A stretch of 64,000 nt of DNA from Lingula anatina (Eukaryota > Animalia > Brachiopoda): contig CM120646.1 in the NCBI GenBank assembly GCA_051362555.1, positions 992,001-1,056,000 of the forward strand, read 5' to 3'. This document shows, piece by piece, positions 38,111-53,400 of this stretch. Made by a program: the position numbers and the translations under genes. The notes under the pieces were generated by a model. The model ran no database searches. It saw nothing but the letters and a program-made list of their open reading frames with translations, and was not told the DNA's origin. Position 1 is the stretch's first letter; the number at the start of each line of letters is the position of its first letter.

Positions 38111-41100
38111 AGCCCGAAATCAATTAGTCAAAATATTAACTGCGTCAAAATGGTAATGCGCTCTAACGTGTTTCTTTTAAGGTTTTCAGAACCATTGTAG
38201 AATATATAAATGGATGCACATCAGAAATTGGCATCTTGGCACCTTGGTTCCCTTTCCTGCAAATGTACAGTCAGTATGCGTTGGTTTTTCTAATAATTCT
38301 GGTGTCTTCTGGCAACGAGATTTAATACAAGTTGGCGTATCTGTCACCTTTTGTGTGGATCAAATAAGAGGACCAAGATAGTTAACTGTCTATCTGTGTT
38401 TATTATGACTACACCTCTTGATCAGAGATACTATAGTCGGATATCTATCGTCTTATCGTTTGAAATCAAGAGTTGTCGCAGCCTTAGGAGAGAGAGGCAC
38501 GTTTACGCTGTGCTCAATTAAAAAAATTCTATAGAAAGTAAAAGATTGTTCAGACCTTTTCTGAATTCTTTTTCCAGTCCTGTTTATCTCTAGATCATTA
38601 TTGTAATTACGTTTTTTTATTTAAAGCAATATCGTAGCCTTAAAATACACCATATCTACAGGTAGGGTCTAAGCTGTTATCATTATCACCTGTTGGTGAA
38701 ACATTCTTTCTGTATGAATTCAATATACCATGATTATAACACTGCATTTCACTAAATGTATAGCAAAAATAAAATAAAAAATAAAAAGGGAATTTAAAAA
38801 AACTGCAAAATTCGAGACTTTGCGTCACCGGTCATATTAGCAAAATATTATAATAAATGTCTTTTGGGTCGCACGAAAGGCAACTACGATTCTTTTTAAT
38901 ATAGTGTATGAATGCTTAAATGTAAAAATTAAGTATATGGTAATGAGAGAAAAACAACAGAAACGCGATCGCAACTTTTATCGAGATATATTTCGAGGCA
39001 GTGGCCCGTTCCTGTGCCTTAGTGACCTTGGAAAAATACGTACGATTAAACCAAAGCATTTTCTCACGATTCACGTGCCAGGCAATCTAGATATATCACA
39101 GATCACTGCATTGGTTTTCGATTAGCTGATAAATCAATAGATAATGTTCAAAGCAGTAGAGGGGTGGGGGGGGGAGTGAAAGGCACCTGTCTCTGCCTGC
39201 CGAACATATTGCGTGACCTCACAAGGACCTTCTATTCGTCTCTATGGTCACAACGGATGTGGAAGTTATTTTGAGAAGACGTGAATTTTTTTTCCAACGT
39301 ACACCACAAACATTGCACAAAGCGAGGTTTCACTGCTAATTTTGATTTAAAAAGTCAAAGATATGATCAAAATACATTTTAAACCCTTAACAAGAACATT
39401 TTCATATTAAAAACCTCTAGCGCTTTATTAACGCCTATATTTGGCAAAGTACCTTTTTGTTTCTTTAATGCAGGTTTTATTTCTTTTTATTTCTTATTCC
39501 CGTATATTTCGAAATGACCAAATGCACATGAACAACAAAAGCATCAAAACAATGATCACGATGGTGGAAAATATAAGTTGGTTTCATAGTTACTAATTTC
39601 AATTATTTCGCCGCATTAGACCATCTCAGCCGACACGCTGCAGTTTATCGTCTCACCCGAGTGTGCTAATTATTTCTCTGCATTGATCCATCATCTCACC
39701 TAACACACTTCAGGTGTGTGTTTTTTTTCTGTCATCTTGCCAACAGATTGTAAGGGAGTGTTTGTACTGTTGTCAATTCCACCGTCACGTGACCATGTAC
39801 GTTTTTCTTGGGGTGCGACCTTGTGAGGTAAATCTTTCTTAGGACCGAACAGGAGGAAATAAAGATCGTCCGCACTGCCAAATTGCACAGGTAAGTGTGT
39901 ATGTAGTCCGTCTGTCGGTATCTTCGTAGCAAGTTTAGTGGAGCGTGTAGAAGTGTCACTTGTATTATTTTTCACAAAAATATTCGAGTCCTTCTCCTTA
40001 CGCGTATCTGGATCTTATGCGATACAAATCAAATGAAAAATCACTACATAGGCTACATAACGCACATTCTTATCCCAGTTAATTTAACCGTGTTAATATT
40101 TTGACTGAAAACTTGACAGAATATGATGGCATCTAAAAAGTCAGTTTACATGAGCCATATGACATGACAGCATTTGGAATGTAGAAAACCGTTATTATAT
40201 GTGGCTGTGAGTGTCATATGAACCGAGTGGTTGTGCGTGGGTCTTATCAGAGATATGTGAGCTCTACTCAAATATTCTATTAACACCACTAAAAACCCCA
40301 GACGAAAGGTAATTTGACATCAAATCTTGGCATGCGTTCGTGTATGTTAAATATCGTCGTTATTATTGCTTTGCGTCTATTGTATGTAGTGCTTTTTTTT
40401 AAACACAAATCTGCCTGTAGTCAACTTAGGCTATTCAGCGGTCAAGTTATTGTTAAAATGCCGTGAATACTTTTATTGTTTTCATTGAAATTGTGACCTC
40501 AGTGAGACCAATTCTCGCCTTCTTTTCCGTCTCCGTGAGCAGTGAGATATCGATTATTAAGCTCATTCACCCGATTCCTGTGTATCGCATATAAAATTTA
40601 ACAAGGTGAGCGAATGCCTTCCCATGAAAGCATTGCTACAATATTCAGCTTAATAGGGAAATCCAAAAATGTTGATAAAAAACCTGATCTTCACCTTTCG
40701 TGTTTCAAATACCTTAGAATGACCCAAGAAGGTACACGTTTTATCCGTTTCTATACAGGTGATGCGAGTTCAAAAAGGAAAAAAGAGGGGTTATTTGACG
40801 TGTCGTATAATAATTTAAACATTTAGAACGTTTGTGGTCTTTTATTTCCTTTTACATATATCAAGCTGTAGTTATCATGAACGCATCCTTCAGGCTTATA
40901 TTGGTAGTGTGGCTGAGCTAGGTGAGACAGTATACACCCACCGTTCACACGAACGCGCCGGACAATAGCAAGGAAACTGCCATTCTTTCAACGATTGATC
41001 CGTTATGCTCGAATTAAGATTTCTTCCATTTTTTTTATATTGCACGCTTCACCCTTGATGCCTTCATCACAAAATATTTTCTTACCGATTTATATAAACG

Positions 41101-41639
41101 ATGCAGGCGTAAGAACAAATACATAGGCCTACCTAAATACTTTATTTATATTTTGACAGTACCTATAGGCCCTATTAGTATTATGACCATTGGAACTTAT
41201 ATGTAGGTTGTTTTGAGTGCGGCTTTTAGAAAATATCACAATTTTGTCTTTTAAGCATATTAATTAAAATATTTTAGTGAAAACTTTAAGTTTCGTGTCA
41301 TGGCAGTGCTGAGCAAAACGATAATGTTCATACTGTAATTTTTTGTTTGTTTGTTTTTTATCCTCAAATTGAAAGGTGCTGCCCGCATATATAACCAACA
41401 TTCTGAATTAATCATAAGCACATTTAAACTCATTCAATGACGTGATGATACTTCAGATATAGGCCTAACTGTGGTGCAGTAAAAAATCTTATACGGAAAT
41501 TACTCTGAAAATAAATTATTCAAAGCAGTAAAAATCATCCACGATTGCCTAAAACGAGGCTGTCGACACAGCGTGATGTCATGCGAGATAAGCATTGACA
41601 TAGGCCTAAGGTGGAACTGATCCAGTAGGACACACACTG

Positions 41640-41749
41640 TCACGGCGTAGGGATTTTACGTCGTTTTTTCACGCGCCATTACGTTACGTCGCGTTCGTTT
41701 TGTGAAACCATGAAAATTTGACCTAAAAATGTCAACATTATCTGCAGAA
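41640..41749 (+). promoter_or_regulatory. CpG-rich promoter-like segment and candidate non-coding first exon of KHK
   Basis: A CpG-dense patch is followed by a strong GTAAGT donor at 41750. The KHK ATG exon has an acceptor at 43783, implying an upstream UTR exon. Confidence 0.35.
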
Positions 41750-43802
41750 GTAAGTATCTAATACTTCCAATCAGATGGTATATTAATTGGGTATTTAAAC
41801 TTCATACCCATGTAATATTTTATTTGGTAATGTTTGATTTGACCGCGTTTATGTTTGTGAAACTCACATGTCGCGGTGACATTTTCCCTTGACAACATCG
41901 TAACTTTCATCAAAATTATTCGGACTAAAAATTTAAGAAAATCTATTGACTAAACTGAAGTAAATGAGTCGGTGTAGGTCACACAGTGCAGAATAAACAA
42001 CACCCTTATTAACAAAACTATATAGGCCTACATGATACATTGTATACATATGTAATCTTGATCTTAAAGTTGGGGGTACTTAGCATACACCTTTGAGGAA
42101 AAAAACGTGGAAAGTATAACTTCTGACTTCTGTTGAAAATCTATACCTACATCATGATAATCTTCTAATGAAGTTTACATGTGTGGGTCAGAAATTTCTG
42201 GAAGTTTTGATACAATTCGAAACCAGGCGCCCAATTCACTCCACCTGTCCACCCTCAGGATAAAATGGCGGGAATTCTAATGAAAATAGCTAGCGGTAGT
42301 TCAGGGGAACTCTCGAAAAACGAGAGGTATAATTCGTACTTTGGTATTTAATGTCAGATATATTTTTCCTATTTCATGCAATCATTGCCTCTATAAACTG
42401 AAATCCTTATTTGTGATCAAACTGAACCTAAGAAATGTGTAATTTGAAGGCCCAATCTGCATGTCACATGATTTGTGTCACATGATATTTACGAATCAAA
42501 CCAGTTCAAGGTCAATAGTTTGCTGCTTAGGAAGAAAGTGTGGATCATCAGAACCTTATGTGAAATTTGAGGTTAGTTCGAAACTTTTTAGAGTGAATAA
42601 AGGTGTTTATTTGCTCGAAGGACGGCAGAAATGGGTATTTTAGGGAGTAAATTTGCACTGATTTTTGACAACTTCTCAGATTTTCTGTCGAGACTGACAA
42701 TTAAACCCAAGAGTGTACGGGATTTTCCTTTAAAACTTGTAAACCTTGATATGTTGGCAACCATTTTTCGCAATTTAAGCGAATTTTATATTTGTTAACA
42801 CATTTCTCGCATTATATATATAGTCCCTCCCTGGGCATATGCGTTTTTGGTTTTGTAAAAAAATTCCATCCTTTGTGTTCAGAGCGCGCTCTGAGAATTC
42901 TTGATGGTTAATAAAACTATGCCCTTTTTGCTACAGAAGAACAAATATTTATTCATTTTCTAAAATATATAAGTACAAGTCACAGTAGATTTTTGCAATA
43001 GATATTTACGTGCCACATACTCATTTTCAACGATTCGCCATTCTCGTGCTATTTTGTTACGCGGACGTAGCAAAAGGACAATCATGACGTGCCGAAGTAC
43101 ACCCCATTTGGACATTATGTGTCCTACTGTCGATCGTGTTCAAGGTAGCAACTAGAAACTAGGTACTAGCCCCTGGGTTGAACACATCTCGCTGACACTG
43201 TGGCTTATAGCGCTCGGGTGATTGTGAAATGTCTCAGTTATTATTATATGGATGTCAGCTCAGAGATATAGTATACATTATCCGCATAACTCAGTTACAA
43301 TAGAATGATGGGGCTATGACCTATATATGCTTTAGGCTACTGCTCTGAGGGTCCCATTGGGGGGTAGTGATCACAGTTCACAAGAAATAAAATCGTCAGT
43401 TCGCAAGTTGCAGCAAATAAAACTTTAGTCATATCTCAGTGATGATGAGAGCCGATTATCCTTAAAAAATTACCGGGTATAATGACATTGTTTAATGAAG
43501 GGCGAAGAATAAAAGGCCTCTTTCACGAGTCACTGGAATGGGGTGCTTCATGAATCACGCTAAATGATATGAACGTTTCTCGCATCTCGGGAAATGAATA
43601 GTGGCTTTCACGTGGAACGAAAATACCCAAAGGGACCCTCGTTTACGATTGTGGTGAATGACGATATTTCGATTCCACATATGAATATTTTAAGCTTCCA
43701 GGCATGTTTTTATCACCGCAAACGAAAATTGGATCAAGGAATGCAGCAATTATACTCCAGCAAAATTCGTTTTCTCTTTTTAGCATATCCGAGCCAGTCA
43801 AT

Positions 43803-43926
43803 ATGGAGACCAACAGGATTCTGTGCCTGGGTAAACTTTGTGTGGATATTATAGCGGAGTGTGAAGACTTCCCACAAGAAGACAGCGACCAAAGGTAACA
43901 TCATCAAGAGTGGGGTGCAGGACTCC

Positions 43927-43958
<32 letters not shown>

Positions 43959-45275
43959 ACAGCATTCACGGCCAGTTGGTCCGCGAACTAACAGATTCTC
44001 GGATCAAATATGGCCGACCCACTTGAAAGCTTGCCGCTTAATCCCCTAATAGACACTCAAACAGATTCCCCGCGGGGATTATGTGGCAAGCTTTCAAGCT
44101 CTCCACAGCTTAATGTGGAGGAATGGAGTCTTTTCATTTAGTAATTTTCTCACTTATTTCCAGCCCCTTTAACTTGATCGTTATTATGACCATATATATG
44201 CGAGTAGGCCTACTATGTAATACCCCCTTTACACTGGACGGCGTCCTCTCTGCGTCCTTTCTGCGACCATGAAATTTGGGATCGCTGTGGTCTTAATAAG
44301 GAGGCACGAGCATTGATTTTGTATCAGAATGAATGCTCAATGATCGACCAGTTGTCGGCAAGTTAAGTATTATAATTTTTTTACTCTCAAATGGGGCCGG
44401 ACTGCTGGACGCAGAAAGGACGCCGTCCAGTGTAAAGGGGCCCTAACGTACGTACACCTACTAGTATATTACATGGGGTTCGTATTTCTCTAGTCGGAAC
44501 TGTTTGTTGTTATTCTTCATTTTAACGACATTGCCTACCAGTAGTTTGTGTCAATATAATTCCATATACATATATAATTTTTAAATCTGAAAAGATGTAA
44601 GAGACAACGCTGGCAACGCGGAGGGAACGCCAACAACACCAGTACGGTTCTGTCTATCCTGGGAGCTCCGGTGGAGTACCTGGGTACGATAGCGAACAGC
44701 CACGAGCTAGGGTAAGTCCTACACAGGTATCTAAACAGGTAGATTGCTGTATGATACCAGCCATTTGATTGTTGTTACCTGAGGCGGTCGTAAATTTGGC
44801 CTTTTTCCTCTACCGCCGCTAAATGTAATACATATGTAAGTCCGGGACTTAATGCTAATACAATACTGCTTGAGGGTTTATGTTTTATGTGGAATATAAC
44901 GACAACTAGAGAGGCGTACTTTTTAGAAAAACATGTTTGCTCACTATAGAAAAAAAACGAAATAGTACAGTACTATTTATTTTTAAATATCAAATTCAAC
45001 AGCTTATAACTGTGACGGCAAGTTCTAACGTGCGTTTTATAATTAAATCAATTAATCTAGCACTCTGAAGTGGTGATTTTTAGATGATAAATATCTTTTT
45101 TTTTTTTGGCAGCTTTCTCCGTGACGACTATCAGCGTGCTGGTATTATAATAGACAACTGTGTTATAGTGGACAATTGTAGCTGCCCTGTCTCCCTCGTA
45201 CTGCTCAGCTCGGTCTCAGGATCAAGAACTATTATTCACGACAGCGGGTAAGACAGTTTCCAAACCGGGGACCCA

Positions 45276-45314
<39 letters not shown>

Positions 45315-48021
45315 GAAAAAAACGTAATTCTGCAAATCCTAAGCGGGTCTCATAGCCCACATAAGAGGCTGCCCGTGTAAGGCATCTAGCTCAACTTAGT
45401 CATCTTCGGTAACGAAGGACAGCCTTTTAATGACGATGAACGTCAAAATGTACCCTCAACTTCATTTCAGGAACTTTTGTCCACGCTTCATGATGATAAA
45501 GGTACACTATTTGTGATTTTCCCGTCAAACCAGTTTTTTTTTTCCTTTTAAAAATGTAACTGTTTTATACTTCAGGTCTCTACCTGAACTGACACACAAA
45601 GACTTCCAGGTCGACCTCGGTTCCTATGCCTGGGTACATTTCGAGGTAGGTTCACCGCTAACCTGTGAAAATAAATTATTATAAATAATAAAAAAATAAA
45701 AAAAAGTCGTATTACTTTTAAAATTCTAAGATGTACTTTGAGTGCGATATACAGGCAGGTTGGGTTGCTTTGCCTTATTATAATTCAACTTTTCTCCCTT
45801 AGATTAAGGTACATATCATGATAGAGCAAAATGATGATTTTTCTAGGTTTTAGCATTGCTACCATGGTACATCCAATCCGAAAACGACAGCGGTACTGCC
45901 TGGACCTCAATCACCGATTTAATATGAAAACCATTTTTAGAGTAACTACCTGTAGGTCCACAGATAAGACAGGCCCTAAGCCAGGTGGGGTCCGAGGGGT
46001 TCGAAGACCCCCCCCCCCTTTTGCCGGGAAAAAGTCCCCTCTGGGCACTAAGGTTTCACGGTAAAAGGTCCACTTTTTCAGAAAAAAAGAACCCCTTTTT
46101 AAAATTGCTGGATGCAGGCCTGTAAGGACATTATTCGCGAGCGTTGATTATCACAAAAATATGAAATCTAGGCGTTCCTCTTTTCAGGGGCGACCAAGCG
46201 CAGCAGAGCAAGTGAAGATGCTGAGAGATATAGATAATCACAACGCGGACCTTGAAGAAAACGACAGGATAACCACCTCCGTGGAGCTAGAGAAGAACAG
46301 ACCGGTTTTAGGTAATACATGGCAGGGGCCTATTAAAAAAGGCTGTGCTGGGGGGGGGGGGGGGGAATGGATTGATATATACATGTGTAGGGTGTATATG
46401 TGGGAAAGGCAAGAGAGGCCTATTAAAATGATCCCTAAACTACAAATGATATAAAAGAGCATGTGATTTCAAGTAACCCAAGGGCGTATTCCCAGAGCTT
46501 TTAGATCGATCTATCCCCGCGGGGAGTCTCACTAGATTACTGTCAGATAATCCGGCTTAAATGTCCGTCCCGCCTACTACAAGCTGTAAGGGGTTAATTA
46601 ACTTTCGTGCCCGCTCGGCTGACAGCTATTTAGCGTGAACCCCCAGGGAGTTATGTCGATCTAAAGTAGATCGATCTAATCTCTGGGAATGGGGTCCAAC
46701 ACAGGCAGCATTTCTGAAATGCATCAAATCCTGTTTGTTTTCCTTTTATCGCTGTGCCAACCACGGCCGTCTTATTCGCCTTCTATTTATTTATATATTA
46801 ACATGAATATAAACTTGCATATGAAGATACAGATATAACTGTAGAACGATCCACCATATTGAATGTAAAATGTTCATGGATTATTTCAGCCCAGCTCATT
46901 GACAAAGCTGACTACGTGTTTATCAGCAAAGACTATGCCAAAGCCCACGGATTCTACAGCAAAGAGGACGCAGTGGAAGGGTTTGTGGATAAAATCAGAG
47001 AAGGGTAGGCAAATCTGTCGATTTTTAAATTAAAACTAAAATCTCTTTGTGCATGAAGGCAATGTAGATGACAATGATGATATGATATTATTCGCGGTTT
47101 ATTGCTATGAAAAATTTACAAAAAATTTTAGCTTGAAGCAGGGCGCAGCATGCCCGCATAATTTTTCTTGAAAACTACACAGACTCCTATGGAAATACAA
47201 ATGTAATATACAGTACAGTCCCAGAGTATGACCTGGTGGTCGAAAATCTGGCTATCCTTTTTCATCAAACCAGACACAACATGTTTAAAATGTTGCCATG
47301 TGACCTTAACAGTGTTGGATGTCGAAAAAAATTAAATTATTTTCCTTTAGATATTTAGTTCTACCGACACAGTGTAGGATGTCATATTGATTATATATGC
47401 ATCACTGTATAACTTGGTTTTATTCATACAAAATTGACAGCAGTAAAGTCAGCACATAGTTCAGTCCCCACACAGGTACATCCCAAATGCCTGCCAAATA
47501 TGTATTCCGCACCATTCGGCAATTTGAAATCGGAAATTTAGTGGAATTTCGCAAAAATTCAAGTTGGGCGAAGTTCAAGAGTCTCATAAGATACCAAGTG
47601 AACAATCAAGTTTTCTTCGACAATATTGAGTTCAAAGTTGGCTGGTTATGCGGAGACTGCTTTATATTTATATATCTATCTCTCTAACTGTTTTTGCGTC
47701 ATGAATGTTTTTACACGTTTCAGAGCGACGGTAATATGCGCGTGGGGAGAGGACGGCGCCTGCGCAAAACCAAAAGGAGAGCCAACTATATCTGTGCCCG
47801 CCATTTCACCCGGAACTATTATTGATACTCTCGGAGCAGGCGATACTTTTAATGCGGCCATGATACACGCACTCTGCAAAGGTGCAGTGCTGCAATCCGC
47901 TCTAACATTTGCCTGTAAAGTTGCTGGAGAAAAGTGTGGAATGAAAGGCTTTAGTGGCTTGCGATACACAGATCTGTCATTCGAAGCAGAGAGCGATGGT
48001 AGTTCTAGTGGCAGCAAATAG
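43803..48021 (+). CDS. KHK: Ketohexokinase (fructokinase, PfkB family), about 316 aa
   Basis: Exons 43803-43894, 44595-44711, 45113-45247, 45576-45645, 46188-46311, 46890-47004 and 47724-48021 total 951 nt in frame. Motifs: [84 protein letters not shown]. Confidence 0.95.
44221..44443. mobile_element. MITE with an approximately 34-bp inverted repeat in KHK intron
   Basis: CCCCTTTACACTGGACGGCGTCCT.TCTGCGTCC / GGACGCAGAAAGGACGCCGTCCAGTGTAAAGGGG, with TAA on both flanks. Confidence 0.8.
45279..45311. repeat. (CA)n microsatellite
   Basis: Directly visible. Confidence 0.95.
45970..46122. mobile_element. Copy of the CAGGCCC...GGCCTG MITE family
   Basis: Same termini and internal AAAGGTCCACTTTTTCAG as 6758-6925. 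Confidence 0.75.
46482..46696. mobile_element. PIF/Harbinger-like MITE
   Basis: CAA 3-bp duplication on both flanks. Near-colinear with 9641-9865. Confidence 0.8.
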
Positions 48022-49960
48022 ACACGAACATATGCAGCCTACTTAAAGAACTTACCTTGTAGGCCTACATGTATTTGGTGATTTTAAAACTGTAACACAT
48101 TTACCCGGATTGAAAGCCAGTTCCCATCCATAGTGTGTCGAGTTTAAGGTGGCGTGTGCGTTGTAGTGACACCCCCATAACGTTACTAGTCACCTTTAAA
48201 GGAGGCTAACCTCATCATCGATCAGCACTAGTAGTGCCTTTATATAATTAGGCCTATTTTTAGCGCCTCTTCCCCGTTGTTATTCATTGTTTATTTATTA
48301 TATTTATTCATTGTTTATTTATTATATATTTATTTTTTGCATGATTGCCATACAGTACTATTCTGCCCTTCACAATGGCCAGGGTTTTTTTTTTTTTACT
48401 AAATATTCACAGATATGTCTCCGGTTAAATGATGGGACTTTTATTTTTTTATAAATTTGTGGAGATAATTAACCCAGGCGCCAAAGAGTTTTTGTGGTTT
48501 TAAGAAAAAGTATGTTATACATAGCAAAAAAAGGATTTATCAAAATAAATGTTTTAAAAATAAATTGAAACATTTTAGACTCCATTTTTTTTCATGAATT
48601 AGACATTTATGAATACGATATCGTCAAGTCGCAAGGTAAGTTTTGTGCATTTTGGCCTAGATGAAAAGAGTCGTTATTGTTAGCACAGCGTAGGTGAAAA
48701 ATGGCGTTGTACATTGTACATTATTCTGTTTTACAAATATTGACGTGAGAGAACTAAACATTTGACCAGAGTGTATGCAGAGTGTATGCAGGATTTTAGT
48801 GTTCATTGCCCGAAGGCTCATATATTTGATCCAACTTGTAGGACGATTAAAATGACGCAACAGGCGATGATTGTTTTATAACTTCGTTCACATCACATGA
48901 TGGATTAGATTTGCTGTGAGACTATGACCCTACCAGAAGACACGCCATCTATTGTAGCGACTGGAATAATTTTTACTTTAAGAAAGTCATATAATTTGAA
49001 TACTTGCTTTCTCAAAATCGAGTTTATATAAAAATGTCAATATTTTTATTTGCCGTTGTGTCAAATGTAACCAAAATAACGATTTAAGAAAATCGCAATT
49101 TTCAAATCAAAATGACACTACAAAAATCTCTGTGGAAGAGAGAAGCCCCCCCCCCCCCACCATGTCTCCTCCCCCCAACCAACAGGTCCTAACAGAGTAA
49201 GAACGTAAATGAAACGGCAGTAGTATTGCCCAAATGGTTATATTCAATGGAATCCCAGCATCATATACTCGAATGAAACAAGAAAATAGTTGATAATATT
49301 TTTCTTCTTTTATTGTCGGCATGATTTTAGCAACTCGAATGGGATGGTGAACCACTGTGCCTTTAATTATTAGAATATTGTCATTCTATTGAAGTTTAAA
49401 ACGAGTCTTCCTCGCGGAAAATTGGTGGTTTGGGTGTCGTACGTTATTATATAATTCAGGTAAGCGTAAATGGTGAGAAGTGTTCCCATGTTTCCAAGGT
49501 CAGTTGAAAATGCAGAACAAAGAAGCCTCGTGTATTACTTTGCTACATTACAATTTCCGAACGCAGGTCGAATTTTAGGCATTATAAGGATAAACGACAG
49601 CCGTTTGTTGTAAGTATTATAAGGGTGATATCACATTACTTATTTGACATTGGTGTACTTTTTTCCTCCTAGATTCAACATTTTGTATTGATATCTCTTA
49701 TTACATGTTTATTGTAGGAAATTAGAGACATGCATTGAAGGTATGGACGATATTTGCCTGAATTGGTGCATTTTGCACTCGACGCATACAATCGGGTTAT
49801 GACAATGGGGTAATTTTACTGACATAAACGACTCTTTTCTTTAGCGTTACACATAATTTTTCTTATAAACTGTCTCTAAGCAGATTTGTTTGCAAGTATT
49901 TTTTTTATTATTTTCAGTAAGTACGAAGATTCTCCACTAGGTGTGACAATGTACCAATTC

Positions 49961-49963
<3 letters not shown>

Positions 49964-49995
<32 letters not shown>
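49964..49995. repeat. (TA)n microsatellite
   Basis: Directly visible. Confidence 0.95.
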
Positions 49996-49999
<4 letters not shown>

Positions 50000-50179
50000 C
50001 ATTTATTGGAAAGGTGAATAAAGTTTTTCTTTGGGTTTATTTTGCGTGGTCTAACTTTCCAGATCACATTGTTGAAAAATAGACTCATGCACTGTTTCAT
50101 TAATTTGTACACATCATCTCATGAAAGTGGACTTCTCCTAGTTTTATTGGCTCTTCACTGCCGTCTACGAAGAGATTGG

Positions 50180-50432
50180 AAAAAGCCTCCGTCACACAGA
50201 CTCACACATCGTACTACAGTAGCTGGGTCGTTCCAGCTCTGTGGGAGATTTTTGCTATTTAAGTGTAATCAATGGAATCAGCTTACTCAGCACGACAGTT
50301 GATTTCCCACTAGCTGCTCGAGGAGGCGTGTCAAATAATTAAGCCGATTCCACTGATTGCGCTTCAGCGAGAATCCCCCTGTAGAGTTGGGCCGACCCAG
50401 CTAGTACGATGGGTTTATCTGAATGCGGTCAT
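50180..50432. mobile_element. Palindromic MITE related to the 10324 family
   Basis: Inverted arms CATCGTACTA..TAGCTGGGTCG / CGACCCAGCTAGTACGATG, plus the shared core GAGGAGGCGTGT...CTGATTGCGCTTCAGCGAGAATCCC. Confidence 0.6.
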
Positions 50433-53400
50433 AGACATCGGATATTTCTTTGAAAGAACCTACCAAGATCGCCCGGCTTGGTGATTTGTCTTCTAGCTAA
50501 TTTGCAGCGTTGATATTTTATATGAAATGTACATTATGCTTTGGGATGTATCATTCGACTACAACGTGCATCAAATAAAAATGGGTACAAGGAGCACTTA
50601 CAGATGACAAAAAGAAAGAAATGATCTATAGTAGACATCAACCCTGCGCGTTGGTGGTTTGATACGCGTATCATAGAGATGCCTGTTTATAGGGTGTACC
50701 GACACGTCGTAGTATAGCACTTTGTCCCTAAATCGCGTTTTTATTTGGGTCCAGATTGACAGTTTTGATCTAAACAGCTGCTGTTTTGTGTTTAGAACAC
50801 GACCCTTTGATCTCAAACTTTGCCTTTTTACAACCATGCAAGATTCATTTACACAGATCTTCGTAACGGAATTGCCATTTGTGACTTGGAGCAGCATGTC
50901 GGTGAACACGATTTCCGAATTAGTGACTTGGAAGATAAATAAATAAATAAATACAAAGAATGAGACTGAATCAGCACCAACTCCTATCAGTAAGTCGCTA
51001 AAATAATATCAAGCGCTTTCCGAGACTACAGTTAACCTATGTGGCACAAGTGCATAAAATTTGTCGTTATCCTCCACCACACACCGCCATTAACTTTTTT
51101 CTTTTTAATGTGTACATCCCCCCCCCCCCCCACACACAAACACACACACTTATGGCATGCTAGAAGCATGAAGTCATGAAGATCAAACCGTATGACTAAG
51201 TAAAATATTGAATTTACTGAACAAGCAGTGGTGCAATATGTTGCTGACGACAACTACGCAAACTAGTACTTTGTTTGATAGTTCGTGACAATATTCAGCA
51301 ACGTTAAGGAAATGTCTGTTGTGTTGTACCCAAAAGGCAAATGTGTTCAGACGTAATGTTTTTTTTTCTGCCAAAATCGGTAAGTCTCTGATGTTTATTC
51401 TACTTATAACTGTTAAATAAAATGTAAATTCGTTCAAAACTATTTTTATAGGGGGCGCCAAATATAATTATTTTAAATTCGTTCACAATTATTTTATAGG
51501 GAACGCCAAATATAATTATTTGTAGTTCTACAGTAAACGCAAATTTGTAAGATGACTTTGAAGCTATGATTTTGATGACATTTTGTGTAGTTGTGCGGTC
51601 GCATATTAAGAAAGCTAAACGGTAATATCTTTCTCATGTCACCCCTCATTCTTTTACTACATGTACTACTACATGTCGCATTTATTTTTAGATTTCTTTT
51701 TATTATTCAAAGTCGTTTCCATCACAAATTTCCTAAACAGAGTCAAAATCTACTGCGTTTCATTCTTGTTAATTAACCCCCGACGTGCCAATTTTTGCAG
51801 ACGTGTCTATATTAAACTGTATCAGAACGTAATAACACAACACGTCAACGTCTAATCAATGACTAGTTCCTGTTTACTGATTTATTATACATAAATGATA
51901 GTTAACTATGCAAAACATCCATCTGTTTCTAATCTATAGCAATCTGTGAAACCAACACCTAACTAAAAACTATATCAACAACGAAAAGTACTTGCGAAAA
52001 CCAGCTACTATAATTAAACTGAAAAAGCATAATTTATTACCGACGTCTTTCTAAGAAACATACAAGTTACCAAGATATTCTAGAAGTATAAACTTGCGTT
52101 TAATTCGTTGACTTTTTATGTCGTATATCGTCTGTAGCACCAAAGATGTCTTAGGACTAAATATTAACACACTGTCATAAATTACAAGACCAATTTACTT
52201 ATAGACTGTGCCATCTACAAGTGGTGCATACTGGCATTTTTGCATAAAAAAAGAAAGAAAAAATTGTGCCATGTTTTCATACTTCATTTCAGAATTTGAC
52301 GAAATATAATCTAACTAAATCTCACAAACAAATAACAAGTTTCAAATAGTCAATTCATTCAAATGCTTGCTCCTCGACAACATGTCCAATTAAGACTTAA
52401 ATAAAAAAAACTGTTTTATAATCCAATATCAAGTGCACATGAAGTAAAAAGCCTACAAATGTATATTAAGAATAAATACTTTTTATGCAGCAAACATAAG
52501 TGAAGCTGGACTTTTCCAATCTCAGATTGGTTAGAGAAACGATGTGTGTCTGTATATTTATATCAACTACTTATAAATGTTGTGCTCACTTTCTATATTG
52601 ACACGCACATAAAATAATAATATTGATAATCAACAAGAAAGCTCAACTAACAGAATAAACAATCTTCTCAACTAGCACAATGTACAACTTGCACAACCAA
52701 GACAACATCAGGTGATGTTATAAACCAACGGTCTTTTATCAGATAAAATTTTTACTTTCACAATGCTTTAATTTTTTTCATAATTAGTAATCACCCATTT
52801 TAAGATAAAATTAAAGCACTCTTATGCAATATTTTTAAACAATAAAAACGTTTGAAAGCTGACAGAACATTTGGCTTTTATGAAATCCTTTTACGTGCCT
52901 TGAATAATATAACACAGGAATAAAAAAAATTAAACATGAAAATAAAAAGCACATGCATATGCTTTAATATTACAAAACAATATCAATAACATGGTACATA
53001 AGACTGCTAATACCAAAAACTACACTTCAGCTAAACTGACTCTATAAAGCAAGTAATACCAAAATTGTTGAGCTTGTTTTGTGTATATTTTCTATGCTCA
53101 CAAATGATGCAATATTGACTGGACTTCATTGTGAGAAAAATTCTAAATACCTTAATTTTTTTACAACACTCACCAAGGATCAGTTTTACAAACATTCTTT
53201 TGGCCCAAATCTTTTGGTCTAAAACAGTTGCCATTTCTTTGTTGCTCTAAATTGGACTTATTACTTAATATAACTAGACTTCTACTAATTTCACTTGGGT
53301 CAAAATATATAAAACCCAACAGTCAGCCTAAAGTTCTCTTGTGAAAGTAGTTGATTCAAGCACAGTAAAATGCTACATAAGTACGTGCACTTAATTTGGT

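Noticed and set aside
42064-42733. Kolobok-like element (TTAA-AG...CT-TTAA)
   Set aside because: The terminal inverted repeats match only patchily, so I cannot support it without other copies.
50598-50946. Overlapping 103-aa and 74-aa ORFs between KHK and myosin
   Set aside because: They have no recognisable motifs or consistent splice structure.
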